Shown here piece by piece: positions 20,180 to 31,100 of a stretch of DNA of 64,000 nt. The stretch covers positions 3,008,001-3,072,000 of the forward strand of contig CBDASK010000003.1 of assembly GCA_965199495.1 (NCBI GenBank). Reading direction: 5' to 3'. The notes beneath the pieces are model-generated. The model saw nothing but the letters and a program-made list of their open reading frames with translations, was not told where the DNA came from and ran no database searches. Position 1 is the first letter of the stretch. Each line of letters begins with the position of its first letter. Source of the DNA: Abditibacterium sp. (lineage in GTDB: Bacteria; Armatimonadota; Abditibacteriia; Abditibacteriales; Abditibacteriaceae). The position numbers and the translations under genes were made by a program.

Positions 20180-23140
20180 ATGTCTTTCCAAGATTACCCC
20201 GATTTTCAACTGACGCGCGAAGTCGAACTTCCGCAAATCCGTGCCCGCGCGCTCGAATTTAAACATTTGCCGACCGGCTTGCGCTTGATGCACCTGGCGA
20301 CCGACGATCCCGAAAACTGTTTTGCGCTCGCGTTTGCCACACCGCCCGCCGATTCGAGTGGCGTGCCGCATATTCTGGAACACGCGGTTTTGGCGGGCAG
20401 CGAAAAGTTTCCCGTGCGCGAGCCGTTCTTTGAACTGATCAAAACTTCGCCCGCCGGTTTCATCAATGCGATGACATCGGACGTTTGGACGATTTATCCG
20501 ATTGCGACGACTTTGGCGCCCGACTTTTGGAATTTGGCCGAGGTTTACGCCGATGCCGTTTTTCATCCGCAACTGACGCGCGAGACGTTTGAGCGCGAAG
20601 GGCATCATTTGGAATTGGCCGAGCCGGGCGACGTGGCTGCTCCGCTCGTGCGTTCGGGCATCGTTTATAACGAGATGAAGGGCGCCTATTCCAATACCGA
20701 AATGGTCATCGGTTGGCGCTTGAAAAACAAGCTGTTTCCCGGTGGCGCTTTGGGCGTGGATTCGGGCGGCGATCCGCAGCATATTCCGAGTCTGGATTGG
20801 GAAGATTTGCGCGGATTTTACCAGCAGTTTTACGCGGCGGGCAACTGCTTTTTGATGGTTTACGGCGATATTTCAACCGAAGAACATCTGGCGTTTTGGA
20901 GCGAAAAACTCAAAGGCGCGCCACAAATGCCATCGCTGGCGGCGCGTCCAACATTCGATGCGTGGGAGCAGCCACGGCGCATCGAAGAAACTTTCGGTAT
21001 CGAGCCGGGCGCCGACGCGAGCGAGCAAACATTTCTTTCGATGCGCTGGCGTTGCGGTGACGGTTTGGATAAATACGAAGAAACCAAATGGGATGTGCTT
21101 TCTCGGCTTCTCAGTGGACACGATGGCGCACCGCTCAAAAAAGCGTTGGTTAGTTCCAAGTTGGGCGCCGATGTCATGGCGGCGGGCGTCGAGGGCGTCG
21201 AATCGGAATTGACGTTTCACGTCGCGGTCAAAGGCTCGGAACCGGAGCGCGCCGATGAATTTGAATCGTTCGTGTTGCGCACGCTCGAATCTATCGCCGA
21301 CGCCGGTTTTGGCGCCGAAGAAATCGGCACGGCGTTGCGTCAGGCGGCTTACGAAACTCTGGAAGTTCCGTCGCTGTTTCCGCTCCATTTGGCGATGGAC
21401 GCCGCGCGTTATGCGACGTGCGGCGCCGATCCGCTCGACGTGACGCGTTCGCGCGAAATGCTCGACAAAGTGCGCGCGCAAAGCGAAAGCGACGACCTGT
21501 TTTTTTCGTGCATGATTCGCGACGGATTGTTGAATAATCCGCATCGTTTGCTGACGGTTTTTCGGCCCGACGAAACGCAGGCCGCGCGCGAAGAAGCTCG
21601 CGAACGCGACGAATTGGCGGCGCTCAAAGCGACTTTGGACGAAGCGCAGTTGCGCGCGATTGACGAGCGCGCCCGCGAATTGGAAGCCTCGCAAAACGAG
21701 CCGAATTCGCCCGAAGCGTTGGCGACGTTGCCGCGTTTGGCCAAGGGCGATTTGCCCGACGCGCCGCGCGAAATTCCGACGCAAATCATCGAAACCGAAG
21801 GTTTTACCGTGTTGCGCAACGACGTATTTTCCAACGGCGTGGTTTATCTGCGCGCGGCGGTTGACGTGCGCGACTTGCCGCCGCATTTGTGGAAATGGGT
21901 GCCGCTGTGGGCCGAGGCGTTCGAGAAAATGGGCGCCGATGGCGAAAACTGGGCGACAACGGCGGCGCGGCGCGCCAAATATACCGGTAGTCTGGGCGTC
22001 GGGCCACGCGCGGTTACAAAGGCGCGGAGCGGCGTGCCGGTTGTTGACATCGAATTGTCGCTCAAAACGTTGGATGGCGATATCCACGGCGCTTTGGATT
22101 TGGTCGGCGATTTGTTGTGGAAACTCGACGCGACCGACCGCGAGCGTTTGCTCGAAATCGCCACGCAACGCGCGGCGGGTCTGCGCGACGATTTGGTCAA
22201 CGGCGCGATGACGACGGTGCAATTGGCGTCGGCGCAGAGCGTTTCGCCGGTCGGTTGGTTGCCCTATCTGTGGCATTCGCCGCTCGCGTTGAAATGGACG
22301 AAAGAATTGACCGGATCGTTTGCGGCCCAAGCCGACGAGATTATCGAAGGCATCAATGGCGTGCGCGACTTTTTGCTTCAGCGCGCGCGTTGGACGTGGA
22401 GTTTTACGGGCGGCGACGCACCGTTTGGCGCCTTTGAGAAACGTTTAAACGAGTGGGGCGGACAAATGAGCGGCGATGTTTTGCCCGGCGCCATCGAGCC
22501 GACGGCAGGACAGAGCGAAAGGGATGGTGGGCAAACGTTGCCGCAAATGCTCGGATTGGCAGCGCCTTTGGATGTTCAGTTTTGCGCGCAAAGTTTTAAG
22601 GCGCCCGCCGAATCCGATCAGCCGCTCGTTGATTTGGGATTGGCGTTGATGCGTTTCGATTATTTTCTGCCCGAAATTCGCTTGAAAGGCAACGCTTACG
22701 GCGGCGGCGGCAACTTGCGAGGCGAAGCAGGCGTGACGACGTTTTTCTCCTATCGCGACCCGCGTTTGAGCGAAACTTTGAATGTGTTCGCGGGCGCGCT
22801 CCCTTGGGCCAAAAAGCAAAAGTGGACGGACGACGATCTGGAACGCGCGTTGTTGGGCAATGTGGGCGACGCGGTTCCAGCGATTCGCCCGGCGGCTTCG
22901 ACGGCGAGCGCGATTCATCGTTATCGGCGCGGCGAAACCGCCGAAATGCGCGCCGAAAATTACGCGAAGAAGTTGGGCGCCAAAGCGTCGGATGTTCAAA
23001 GCACCCTCGTTGAATATTTAGAGGCCGAGTTGCCAAGCAGCCACGTCGCCGTGGCTGCATCGCGCGTGGCCTTGGAAAAAGCCAATGCCACGCGCGGAGA
23101 GCAGGGCAAAACGGTGTTGGAAATTCGCGATATGGTTTGA
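20180..23140 (+). CDS. M16C insulinase-family metallopeptidase (presequence-protease-like)
   Basis: GVPHILEH inverted zinc motif, FINAMT, GIVYNEMKG, IRLKGNAYGG, SYRDP. Confidence 0.93.
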   Translation: MSFQDYPDFQLTREVELPQIRARALEFKHLPTGLRLMHLATDDPENCFALAFATPPADSSGVPHILEHAVLAGSEKFPVREPFFELIKTSPAGFINAMTSDVWTIYPIATTLAPDFWNLAEVYADAVFHPQLTRETFEREGHHLELAEPGDVAAPLVRSGIVYNEMKGAYSNTEMVIGWRLKNKLFPGGALGVDSGGDPQHIPSLDWEDLRGFYQQFYAAGNCFLMVYGDISTEEHLAFWSEKLKGAPQMPSLAARPTFDAWEQPRRIEETFGIEPGADASEQTFLSMRWRCGDGLDKYEETKWDVLSRLLSGHDGAPLKKALVSSKLGADVMAAGVEGVESELTFHVAVKGSEPERADEFESFVLRTLESIADAGFGAEEIGTALRQAAYETLEVPSLFPLHLAMDAARYATCGADPLDVTRSREMLDKVRAQSESDDLFFSCMIRDGLLNNPHRLLTVFRPDETQAAREEARERDELAALKATLDEAQLRAIDERARELEASQNEPNSPEALATLPRLAKGDLPDAPREIPTQIIETEGFTVLRNDVFSNGVVYLRAAVDVRDLPPHLWKWVPLWAEAFEKMGADGENWATTAARRAKYTGSLGVGPRAVTKARSGVPVVDIELSLKTLDGDIHGALDLVGDLLWKLDATDRERLLEIATQRAAGLRDDLVNGAMTTVQLASAQSVSPVGWLPYLWHSPLALKWTKELTGSFAAQADEIIEGINGVRDFLLQRARWTWSFTGGDAPFGAFEKRLNEWGGQMSGDVLPGAIEPTAGQSERDGGQTLPQMLGLAAPLDVQFCAQSFKAPAESDQPLVDLGLALMRFDYFLPEIRLKGNAYGGGGNLRGEAGVTTFFSYRDPRLSETLNVFAGALPWAKKQKWTDDDLERALLGNVGDAVPAIRPAASTASAIHRYRRGETAEMRAENYAKKLGAKASDVQSTLVEYLEAELPSSHVAVAASRVALEKANATRGEQGKTVLEIRDMV

Positions 23141-23147
23141 GTTTTCC

Positions 23148-23240
23148 GTAGAGAGCCGATTTATCGCGTCTAAAATGCCGATTTGCTTCTTACGTGGAGG
23201 TAAGTTGAACGTGTTAGACGCGATAAATCGGCGTCTCTAC
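23148..23240. repeat. REP-like doublet, family A
   Basis: GTAGAGAGCCGATTTATCGCGTCT ... AGACGCGATAAATCGGCGTCTCTAC. Confidence 0.85.
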
Positions 23241-23335
23241 GGAAATCCGGTGCTAACCTAAATTCGTCCGTCGCAACCGCAGCCCAATTTAATCGTCACC
23301 TTTGGCAACTCCGTCGCTTTATCGCGACGCAAATT

Positions 23336-25114
23336 ATGTTGACTTCTCGCAACGAACGCACGCAATCCGGCCAGAAACTTTCGGTGGGCGTGGCTTACCC
23401 CAAACGCTATGTTTTGCGGCGTTTGGTGCGCGGCCTCACCATCAAAGGCGCGATTTTGGGCGCGATCTTGGGCTTTGGTTATGCTGTCTTCGCTGGCGGC
23501 GCGCAGGGCACGGGACTACAAATGGCGTTGCAGACTGTAACTGGTGCGGCCATTGGCACCGTCGCCGGTCTGGTCGGTTCGCTGGCTTACGCGTTTGTCG
23601 GCGGTGCGCCGGGCGCGGCGCTGGGACTTTTGGGTGCCGGTTTAATCGGCAGCAGCAGTTTTTTGGCGTTTCCCACTTTGGCCGCCGCGCCGCGCGCGTT
23701 GACACCGCAAGAAAGCGGCGTGACCGACGTTTCGCCGCTTTCGACTGCGGCGGATGTTTCCGAGGTTTCGGATGGCGCCGATGCGCTTTCGACTTCGACC
23801 GATTTGGGTTTCGTCGAGCCGGGCAAAACCGGCAACGCCTACACGCCGGTTTTATCGGACGATACGATTAAAGAAGCCGCACCGCCTGCCGCGCCGCTTT
23901 ATAAAGGCCCGTTCAACGATAAGGTGGTTTATCTGGGCATGAACCGTGATTCGACGCTCAAAGCCACGCGCCTGATGAGTCGTCACGCATCCGTCACCAC
24001 AATCAGCGACGACGGCCAGCAAGATCATGTGCGCAACGGCGACAAAATCTACGATTTGCGCAATCCCAACGGCATCAACGCGTTCGCCGCCAGTCTGGGT
24101 TTGGATAAAACGCAGCAAACGGGCGTCGTGCGCGCGCTCACGATGTGCGAGAAAAACGCGAAAGATGAATTGGGCGAACTCGCCAAAGTTTGGGCGGCGG
24201 GCGAAAAGGGCTCCAAAATTCCGTCGCGATTGGTTTTGGCCGGGCACTCCAACGGCGACGGCGTGTGGGGCGATAATAACGGTTCGCTGCGTTTGGGGCC
24301 GTTATTGGAACTTTCGCGCGCTTTGCCCGATGCGACATCGCAAATCGAAGACGCGTTTGTGACCGGCTGTTATTCGGGCGGCGAAGTGACGATGGATCAA
24401 TATCTGTTGATTTTTCCGCGCGCCAAAACGATCTGGGCCTACGACGCGCAGGCGCCCGGCGTGGACAACGGCGCGACTTTAGATCAGGCGGGCTGGGAAG
24501 AGGCCACGCGCGGTCGCCAGCACAAAACGCTCAATCAGACGAGCGCCTCGGCGGGCAAGCACATGGCGGTGTGGAACTACGATTCCGGTTATCACGCGGC
24601 TTCGGGCCAGCTCAACTTGAACGATTTGCGCGGCAAAGTGCAGTGGATGGAAGAACATTTTTATCGCCCGGCGCTTAAGGGCGAAGACTTCGCTTCCGAC
24701 GGCGAACAGCGCATCCCAATTCGCATCACCGATCCGCACACCGGTTTGATTCGGCAGTATTACTCGTGGCTGGTGCGCCTGACGCAGCACAAAAACTTGC
24801 CCGAAGACGAGCGCGCGTATTGGAACGAAAAGAAAAATCAGACGATTCGGTTGCTCTATTTCTCGGATACCGTCGCGCCCGCTTTCGCTAAAAGTCATGC
24901 CAAAGAGATCGAGCAGGGCTATGCAAAAATGGGTTTGAAGGCGCCCGATTACGGCAAATTATCGCGTGCGGCGGCACTCCACGAGATCGCCAGTTTCAAC
25001 GCGAAATTGCAGCAGAATCCTAATGCCCCCGGCGATTCGCAACAACTGGGCATTCTGCTCGAACGAGGTTTGGGCGATTTGGACACGAGCATCATCCCCG
25101 ATGGCTGGGTGTAG
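23336..25114 (+). CDS. Hypothetical membrane-anchored protein with a possible caspase/CHAT-like His-Cys dyad
   Basis: Gly-rich hydrophobic N-terminus, low-complexity linker, then RLVLAGHS and AFVTGCYSG. Confidence 0.75.
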   Translation: MLTSRNERTQSGQKLSVGVAYPKRYVLRRLVRGLTIKGAILGAILGFGYAVFAGGAQGTGLQMALQTVTGAAIGTVAGLVGSLAYAFVGGAPGAALGLLGAGLIGSSSFLAFPTLAAAPRALTPQESGVTDVSPLSTAADVSEVSDGADALSTSTDLGFVEPGKTGNAYTPVLSDDTIKEAAPPAAPLYKGPFNDKVVYLGMNRDSTLKATRLMSRHASVTTISDDGQQDHVRNGDKIYDLRNPNGINAFAASLGLDKTQQTGVVRALTMCEKNAKDELGELAKVWAAGEKGSKIPSRLVLAGHSNGDGVWGDNNGSLRLGPLLELSRALPDATSQIEDAFVTGCYSGGEVTMDQYLLIFPRAKTIWAYDAQAPGVDNGATLDQAGWEEATRGRQHKTLNQTSASAGKHMAVWNYDSGYHAASGQLNLNDLRGKVQWMEEHFYRPALKGEDFASDGEQRIPIRITDPHTGLIRQYYSWLVRLTQHKNLPEDERAYWNEKKNQTIRLLYFSDTVAPAFAKSHAKEIEQGYAKMGLKAPDYGKLSRAAALHEIASFNAKLQQNPNAPGDSQQLGILLERGLGDLDTSIIPDGWV

Positions 25115-25118
25115 GGGC

Positions 25119-25314
25119 AAGGATTAGAAGTGAAGCAGTTGTTCCGCGTTTGTCATTTCGAGCTTGCCGAGAAATCTTTCGCCCGCGCGGCAGCGCAAGT
25201 CCACATGGCTTTAACGTTCAAAGTTGCCTGCTATTTCCGCTGGCGCGGGGCCGCAAGATTTCTCGGCAAGCTCGAAATGACAAACGCGGAACAACTGCTT
25301 CACTTCTAATCCTT
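25119..25314. repeat. MITE-like hairpin, family B
   Basis: About 60-bp inverted arms containing GTCATTTCGAGCTTGCCGAGAAATCT; a homologue lies in the opposite orientation at 61607-61756. Confidence 0.85.
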
Positions 25315-25328
25315 TCCTAAATTTTCCC

Positions 25329-25357
25329 TTGCGCTCTTTGCGAAGTCGCGGTATAAT
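25329..25357 (+). promoter_or_regulatory. Sigma-70 promoter of tRNA-Glu
   Basis: TTGCGC-N17-TATAAT, ending 31 nt before the tRNA. Confidence 0.75.
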
Positions 25358-25388
25358 TTCTTGTTGCCCATTGGCAGGTTTGCCAAAT

Positions 25389-25460
25389 GGCGCCATCGTC
25401 TATCGGTTAGGACGCCGGCCTTTCACGCCGGTAAGGCGGGTTCGATTCCCGCTGGCGCTA
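25389..25460 (+). tRNA. tRNA-Glu (TTC)
   Basis: Acceptor GGCGCCA/TGGCGCT, anticodon arm CCGGC-CTTTCAC-GCCGG, T-loop GGTTCGATTCC; CCA is not encoded directly. Confidence 0.96.
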
Positions 25461-25468
25461 AACCAAAT

Positions 25469-25502
25469 AAAACGCTCGATTCTTTGGAATCGGGCGTTTT
25501 TT
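25469..25502 (+). terminator. Intrinsic terminator after the tRNA
   Basis: AAAACGCTCGATTC-TTTG-GAATCGGGCGTTTTTT. Confidence 0.75.
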
Positions 25503-25593
25503 GTTTTGGCTGCAATGCTTTTTCTCGGTTTCATCCGCTCTAATTTGATAAATTAGAAGTGTTCGATTTTTCGGATATCAAGGAGAAGAGCTT

Positions 25594-26715
25594 TTGGAAC
25601 CCGTTCGTTTTGGAGTAATTGGAGTCGGTGGCATGGGCGGCAATCACGCGCGTTCTTTCGCCAAAGTTGAGGAAGTGACCCTGGTCGCCGTGGCTGATGT
25701 CAACGCTGAGACCACCGCCAAAGTCGCGCAGGAAACCGGCGCGAAAGGCTTTGCCAGTGCCGAAGAACTCATCGAGAAAGGCGATGTCGAAGCGATTTTG
25801 ATCGCGACGCCGCACTTTTTTCATCCGCCGGTCGCGATGCACGCCGCCAAACATGGCGTTCACGTTTTGAGCGAAAAACCAATCGCTGTCACCGTTGCGG
25901 CGGCGGACGCGATGGTCGAGGCCGCCGACCAAGCGGGCACTTTGCTGGGCGTCGTTTTTCAGCAGCGTTTGGAAGATAAACGCGTCAAAATGAAGCAGAT
26001 GATTGATGACGGTCTGCTGGGCGAACTGCACCGCATTTCCGTTGTCGCGCCGTGGTATCGCCCGCAGGCTTATTACAATTCGGGCGCGTGGCGCGGCACC
26101 TGGAAGGGCGAGGGCGGCGGCATTTTGATGAATCAGGCGCCGCACTCGATGGATCAGTTCATCTGGCTGATGGGCGAAACTCCACGCAACGTGCAGGCGA
26201 TGGCGCAGACGCGTTTGCACGACATCGAAGTCGAAAACACCGCGATGGCGCTGGTGGATTTCGGGCCGGGCAAAAGCGGCTATTTTTATGCCTCGACCGC
26301 CGATATTCCCGGCGGCGAACGCGTCGAACTGGCAGGCGACAAAGGTTTGCTCACGCTCGATCAAAACGGTTTGCGTTTCTACGAACTCGAAATGCCCTTG
26401 TCGCAGCATCTCGCGACGGCAACAGGCAATTTCGATTCTCCCAAAGGTTCGTGGCGCGATGTCGAAATTGATGTGCCCAACGGCAGTCATACCAATGTGG
26501 TGCGCGCGTTTTGTCGCGCGGTGCGCGCCAACGATGATTCGCTCATGGTAGCCACCGGGCGCGATGGCGTCAAAGCTCTCGAACTCGCCAACGCGATTTT
26601 GATGGCGGGCTACACTCGTCGCGAAGTTCAATTTCCCATTGACCGCAACGCCGTTGACGCGATGCTCAAAAGTTTGCAAGAGGGCGTCACGCCCGAACAA
26701 TTAAAAATTGGATAA
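25594..26715 (+). CDS. Gfo/Idh/MocA oxidoreductase
   Basis: GVIGVGGMG, IATPH, HVLSEKP, GGGILMNQAPH; TTG start after GGAGAAG. Confidence 0.92.
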   Translation: MEPVRFGVIGVGGMGGNHARSFAKVEEVTLVAVADVNAETTAKVAQETGAKGFASAEELIEKGDVEAILIATPHFFHPPVAMHAAKHGVHVLSEKPIAVTVAAADAMVEAADQAGTLLGVVFQQRLEDKRVKMKQMIDDGLLGELHRISVVAPWYRPQAYYNSGAWRGTWKGEGGGILMNQAPHSMDQFIWLMGETPRNVQAMAQTRLHDIEVENTAMALVDFGPGKSGYFYASTADIPGGERVELAGDKGLLTLDQNGLRFYELEMPLSQHLATATGNFDSPKGSWRDVEIDVPNGSHTNVVRAFCRAVRANDDSLMVATGRDGVKALELANAILMAGYTRREVQFPIDRNAVDAMLKSLQEGVTPEQLKIG

Positions 26716-26812
26716 TCGGATTTCAGATGACAGATTTCGGATAGGTTTGAAGAAAGCGTTTACGTTTAATCCTTTTCAAACCTATCCGAAATCTGAAATC
26801 TGAAATCCGGTA
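26716..26812. repeat. Inverted short-tandem (heptamer-like) repeat GATTTCA/G ... TGAAATC
   Basis: CGGATTTCAGATGACAGATTTCGGATAGGTTTGAA...TTCAAACCTATCCGAAATCTGAAATCTGAAATCCG; a similar unit lies at 51960-52122. Confidence 0.7.
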
Positions 26813-26826
26813 TCCTTATTCCCTCA

Positions 26827-27759
26827 ATGCGCATTGTAATTACTGGTGGAGCCGGGTTTCTCGGTTCCCATTTAACCGACCGTTGTCTGGCCGAGGGGCA
26901 TGAAGTCGTTGTTGTTGATAACTTGGTTACGGGCAACCTCGACAATCTGGCTCATATCCATAATCCGAAATTGTCGGTTCTCGATCAGAATATTTCGGAT
27001 GAAATTAAAGTGGACGGCGACGTTGATTTCATTCTTCACTTTGCTTCTCCCGCCTCGCCGGTAGATTATCTCGAACTGCCGATTCAAACGCTCAAAGTCG
27101 GTGCTTTGGGCACGCACAACGCGCTGGGATTGGCGCGCGCCAAGGGCGCCGGTTTGCTGCTGGCTTCGACGTCCGAGGTTTATGGCGATCCCCTCGTTCA
27201 TCCGCAAAAAGAGGATTACTGGGGCAACGTCAACCCGATTGGCCCCCGTGGCTGCTATGACGAAGCGAAGCGTTTTGCCGAGGCCATCACGATGGCTTAC
27301 CACAAAATGCACGCGATTAATACCAAAATCGTGCGCATCTTCAACACTTATGGGCCACGCATGCGCCTGCGCGATGGACGTATCGTGCCCAACTTTATGC
27401 GTCAGGCATTAACCGGCGAGCCACTGACGGTTTATGGGGATGGCAGCCAGACGCGCTCGTTTTGCTACGCGACCGATTTGATTGACGGCATCTATCGTTT
27501 GATGCTTTCGGACGAACATCTGCCGACCAACATCGGCAACCCGACCGAATTCACCGTTTTAGAATTCGCCCACGAAGTGTTGAAATTATCGGGTTCCAAA
27601 TCGGAGATCATTTTCGAGCCTTTGCCGCAGGACGACCCAAAACAACGCAAACCCGATATTTCCAAGGCGCGCGAAATTTTGGGTTGGGAACCGACAATCG
27701 AACTGCAAGAGGGACTGGCAAAAACCTTGGAATATTTCCAAACGCGGTTGGATTTATAA
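26827..27759 (+). CDS. UDP-glucuronate decarboxylase (UXS-like SDR)
   Basis: [55 protein letters not shown]. Confidence 0.93.
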   Translation: MRIVITGGAGFLGSHLTDRCLAEGHEVVVVDNLVTGNLDNLAHIHNPKLSVLDQNISDEIKVDGDVDFILHFASPASPVDYLELPIQTLKVGALGTHNALGLARAKGAGLLLASTSEVYGDPLVHPQKEDYWGNVNPIGPRGCYDEAKRFAEAITMAYHKMHAINTKIVRIFNTYGPRMRLRDGRIVPNFMRQALTGEPLTVYGDGSQTRSFCYATDLIDGIYRLMLSDEHLPTNIGNPTEFTVLEFAHEVLKLSGSKSEIIFEPLPQDDPKQRKPDISKAREILGWEPTIELQEGLAKTLEYFQTRLDL

Positions 27760-28160
27760 GTGTCTCGAAACGCGCGAAAGACGTATCAGTGTCAAGTATT
27801 CAAGATTTGAACGAAAGTTTTGCAGAAATGTAGCGCAGGGGAATATTGACCTGAGGGCAAAAATTCGCTAAAATAAATCTGCTTTTCTAAAACTTCCTCT
27901 TCAACACCGCGTGGAAAACGTAATTTCGAGTCCGCCCTTGGTCTTGCTTGTGAGCGACAAATTGGCGGCTTCGGCAAGTTATGTTGGAAACGTTTTAGAG
28001 TGAGGCGCAACTCTCTTTTGAGTGCAACGTCTAACAAAGCCGTTTCCGGGACGGACAGATTGTCCATTGTAGCGCTCGCTCTGCGGCGCACGTAAAAGGG
28101 CTTGATATGCGGCAAAAACGCCGAAATCGGCCCAGTGTTTTGTAGTTTTACCTTCTCTCG

Positions 28161-31100
28161 ATGGCACATTCCTCTTTGCGGATGCAAACCGATGCTTCTT
28201 TTGGTTTGCCTCCTGCCACTGGCTCTCATGCCAGCCCTCCAACTATGTTCAGAACTCAACTCAGCAGCGCACTTTCGCGCCTGTTGTGCTTTGTGGCGTT
28301 TGCCCTCTGTTTTGGCGGCGTCGCCCACGCGCAGACAATCACTATTACCCCGCCCACTCTCAACGAAAGAGTCGAAGGTAACGTCCAAACTTTCGTGCTG
28401 ACGACTGACCGTATTGTCACACAGCGCCTCACGGTGAGAGTTGATAGTTTCGAGGGTACGGCTTTCGAGGCCGCCCGCCCGGACGGTAGGCCCGCCGATT
28501 ACACGGGATTTCACCAAGATGTGACCTTTGAAATTGGGCGGCAGAGTGTATCCGTTCCAATTCAAACCATCGCCGATACTCGTTACGAGTTTGACGAAAC
28601 ATTTGGTATTCAAGTAACGAACCCTCGTTTTAACGGTGTTGCCACCAGCGCTGTTACATTTTCGGGAAGCAACTTTTCTACGACGACGATTCCAAACGAT
28701 GATGGCCCTCCAACGCTGACTTTGCGCCGGCCCGATGCCGTCATCGAAGGCGCCGCAACCGATCCCAAAAAACTTGTACGCGTTATTGTTGACATTGATG
28801 TGCCCGCCGAACGTCCCTTGCAGGTCGCGTTCGATACTTCCGATAACACTACCCAACCCGGCTCGATGGATGGCACGGCCACTGCTGGTCAGGATTATCA
28901 GGAAGTCAAAAATAACATCGTGACAATTCCTGCGAATGCGCAGCAATATACCTATCCGCCGCCAGCGGCGCCAACAGATCCGCCAGGTTCTTTTTCATCC
29001 GATCCCAATGCGCAGGGCGTTTTCATCTTGGGCGATAACGTTTATGAAGGCGATGAAGCGTTCACCTTGACCGCGAGATATTCACCCGCTCTCGTCAATA
29101 CTACCCCCACCAGTACCATCATTACTATTACGGATGATGACCTGCCCTCTTTCACCCTCACCGGTGGCCGCACGTTTGAAGGCGGCAACATTCCTTTTGT
29201 CATCACCCTGAACGACATCACAACTGGTCAGCCCATCGCTGCCAAAGCGCCGATTACGTTCACCTACGCTCTTGACAATGGCCCGAATAACCAAGCGGAA
29301 TTTGGAACAGACTTCACCAACACGCCTGGGCCCGACGCCAACAAGAATACAGGGACTTTTGTTATTCCCATAGGTAACACGAATGCGACGATCAATATTC
29401 CCACTCTGACAGACACCATTGCCGAACCCACTGAGCAATTTAGCTTTCGCATAGTCAGTGTGACTGGCGCTCGTCTCTCTCCAAATAGTAGCGCCACGGG
29501 AACAATTGACAATGTGAATGGCAACCCGGTTATCAGCATTTCCAATGCTTCGGTTGTCGAAGGCACGGGCGGCGTCACCAATTTGGTGTTCACCGTGAAT
29601 TTGTCCAATTCTTCGACGCAGCAGATCACCGCTCAATACGAAACTGTGGATGATAACAGCGTGCCCGCCGCACAGCGAGCCACGTCGGGTGTGGACTACG
29701 CCGCGCAACGTGGCACCGTTACCTTCCCCGCTGTGACTGGAGCTGCGGGTGCTGCCAACACCACTCAGTCAATCTCGATTCCGATTACCACGGACAACAT
29801 CAACGAACAGAACGAAAATTTCCGCATCCGTTTGTTTAACCCGGCGGGCGGCTTCGCTTCGTTCTCCAACAACGTGCCCGAAGTCTTCGCAACCGGCACC
29901 ATCATTGATGATGATTCTGCTGGCACTGTCAGCGTCGCCAAAACCGAAGTTTCGGTGCTTGAGAACGTTCAGGGCGGCATGGTTAACGTCTTGGTCAACT
30001 TCGTGCCCAATGGCACGCCCGCTCGTCCGGTAACCGTGGATTTCACCACGTTGCCGGGGACGGCAGTTCAAGCTGGTCAGCGGGATTACTTTGGTAAAAC
30101 TGGTCGCGTGACTTTCCAGCCCCAGGCTGGTAACTCGTCGGTTGCGATTCCTATCGAGATTATAAACGATGATATTCGCGAAGGCGATGAAACCTTCACC
30201 GTGCGTTTGACGGCAGTGGATGGAGCGACTCTCGATCCCGATAACAGTGACACCGTTGTCACAATTGTAGATGACGATCCGTTGCCTGTTGTCAGCGTTT
30301 TTCCCGCCAGCCCAATTCGTGAAGACGGCGGCATCAAAAACTTTGTCGTTGCGATCAAAGGCAAATCGCAGGCTCCCGTGACCGTTAATTACGCTTTTGG
30401 CGACATCAAAGACACTGCCACGCCAAATCTTGATTATGAAGCGGTGGATGCGCTTAATCCTTTGTCTGGTTCGAAAACGTTCACCCTGGGTGGCCCCGTT
30501 TCGTATTTCGTGCCCGTCAGAATTTTGCAGGACAATATCGCTGAGGGCAATGAAACCTTGACCTTGACCCTGTCCAAAGATCAGAACGACCTCAGCTTTT
30601 CGTTAGACCCGAAAGCCACCCAATCGGTTGTGACCATCGTGGACGACGACCCAACGCCCGAACTTACGATCAGTGACGCGCAGGTTTTGGAAGGTAGTAC
30701 TGGCGACATTAACAGCGGAAACGTGCTGACTTTCAACGTTTCGTTGAGCCGTCCCAGTTCGCGTCCCTCCAGCTTCACTTACTCGACGCTCAACTTGCGG
30801 CAGGCCAACTGCAAACCTTCCAACGGGTGCGATGTCGCTTCCGATGACGATTACGCCAGCGTGCGCAACGTCGTAGTGACGATTCCCGCTGGCCAGACTA
30901 CCGCGACCATCACAGTCAGAGTGGCTCCCGATACGGGCAACGAATACAATGAGCAGTTCGCGGTTGTCGCTCGCTCGCTCAACAACACGGTGCCTTCGGT
31001 GACTGCGGCCACCAGCAGTTCGGAACAGCGTTTTGGCACGGTCGCCTTCGGCACCATCGTCAACGATGATCCCGGTGGCGCCATCACCCTCTCTGGCCCG

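Noticed and set aside
25389..25460. tRNA-Glu as the attachment site of an integrated element
   Set aside because: No integrase and no duplicated tRNA 3' end were seen in the window
27760..28160. Riboswitch upstream of the surface protein
   Set aside because: I could not match any riboswitch consensus by eye; an Rfam scan is needed
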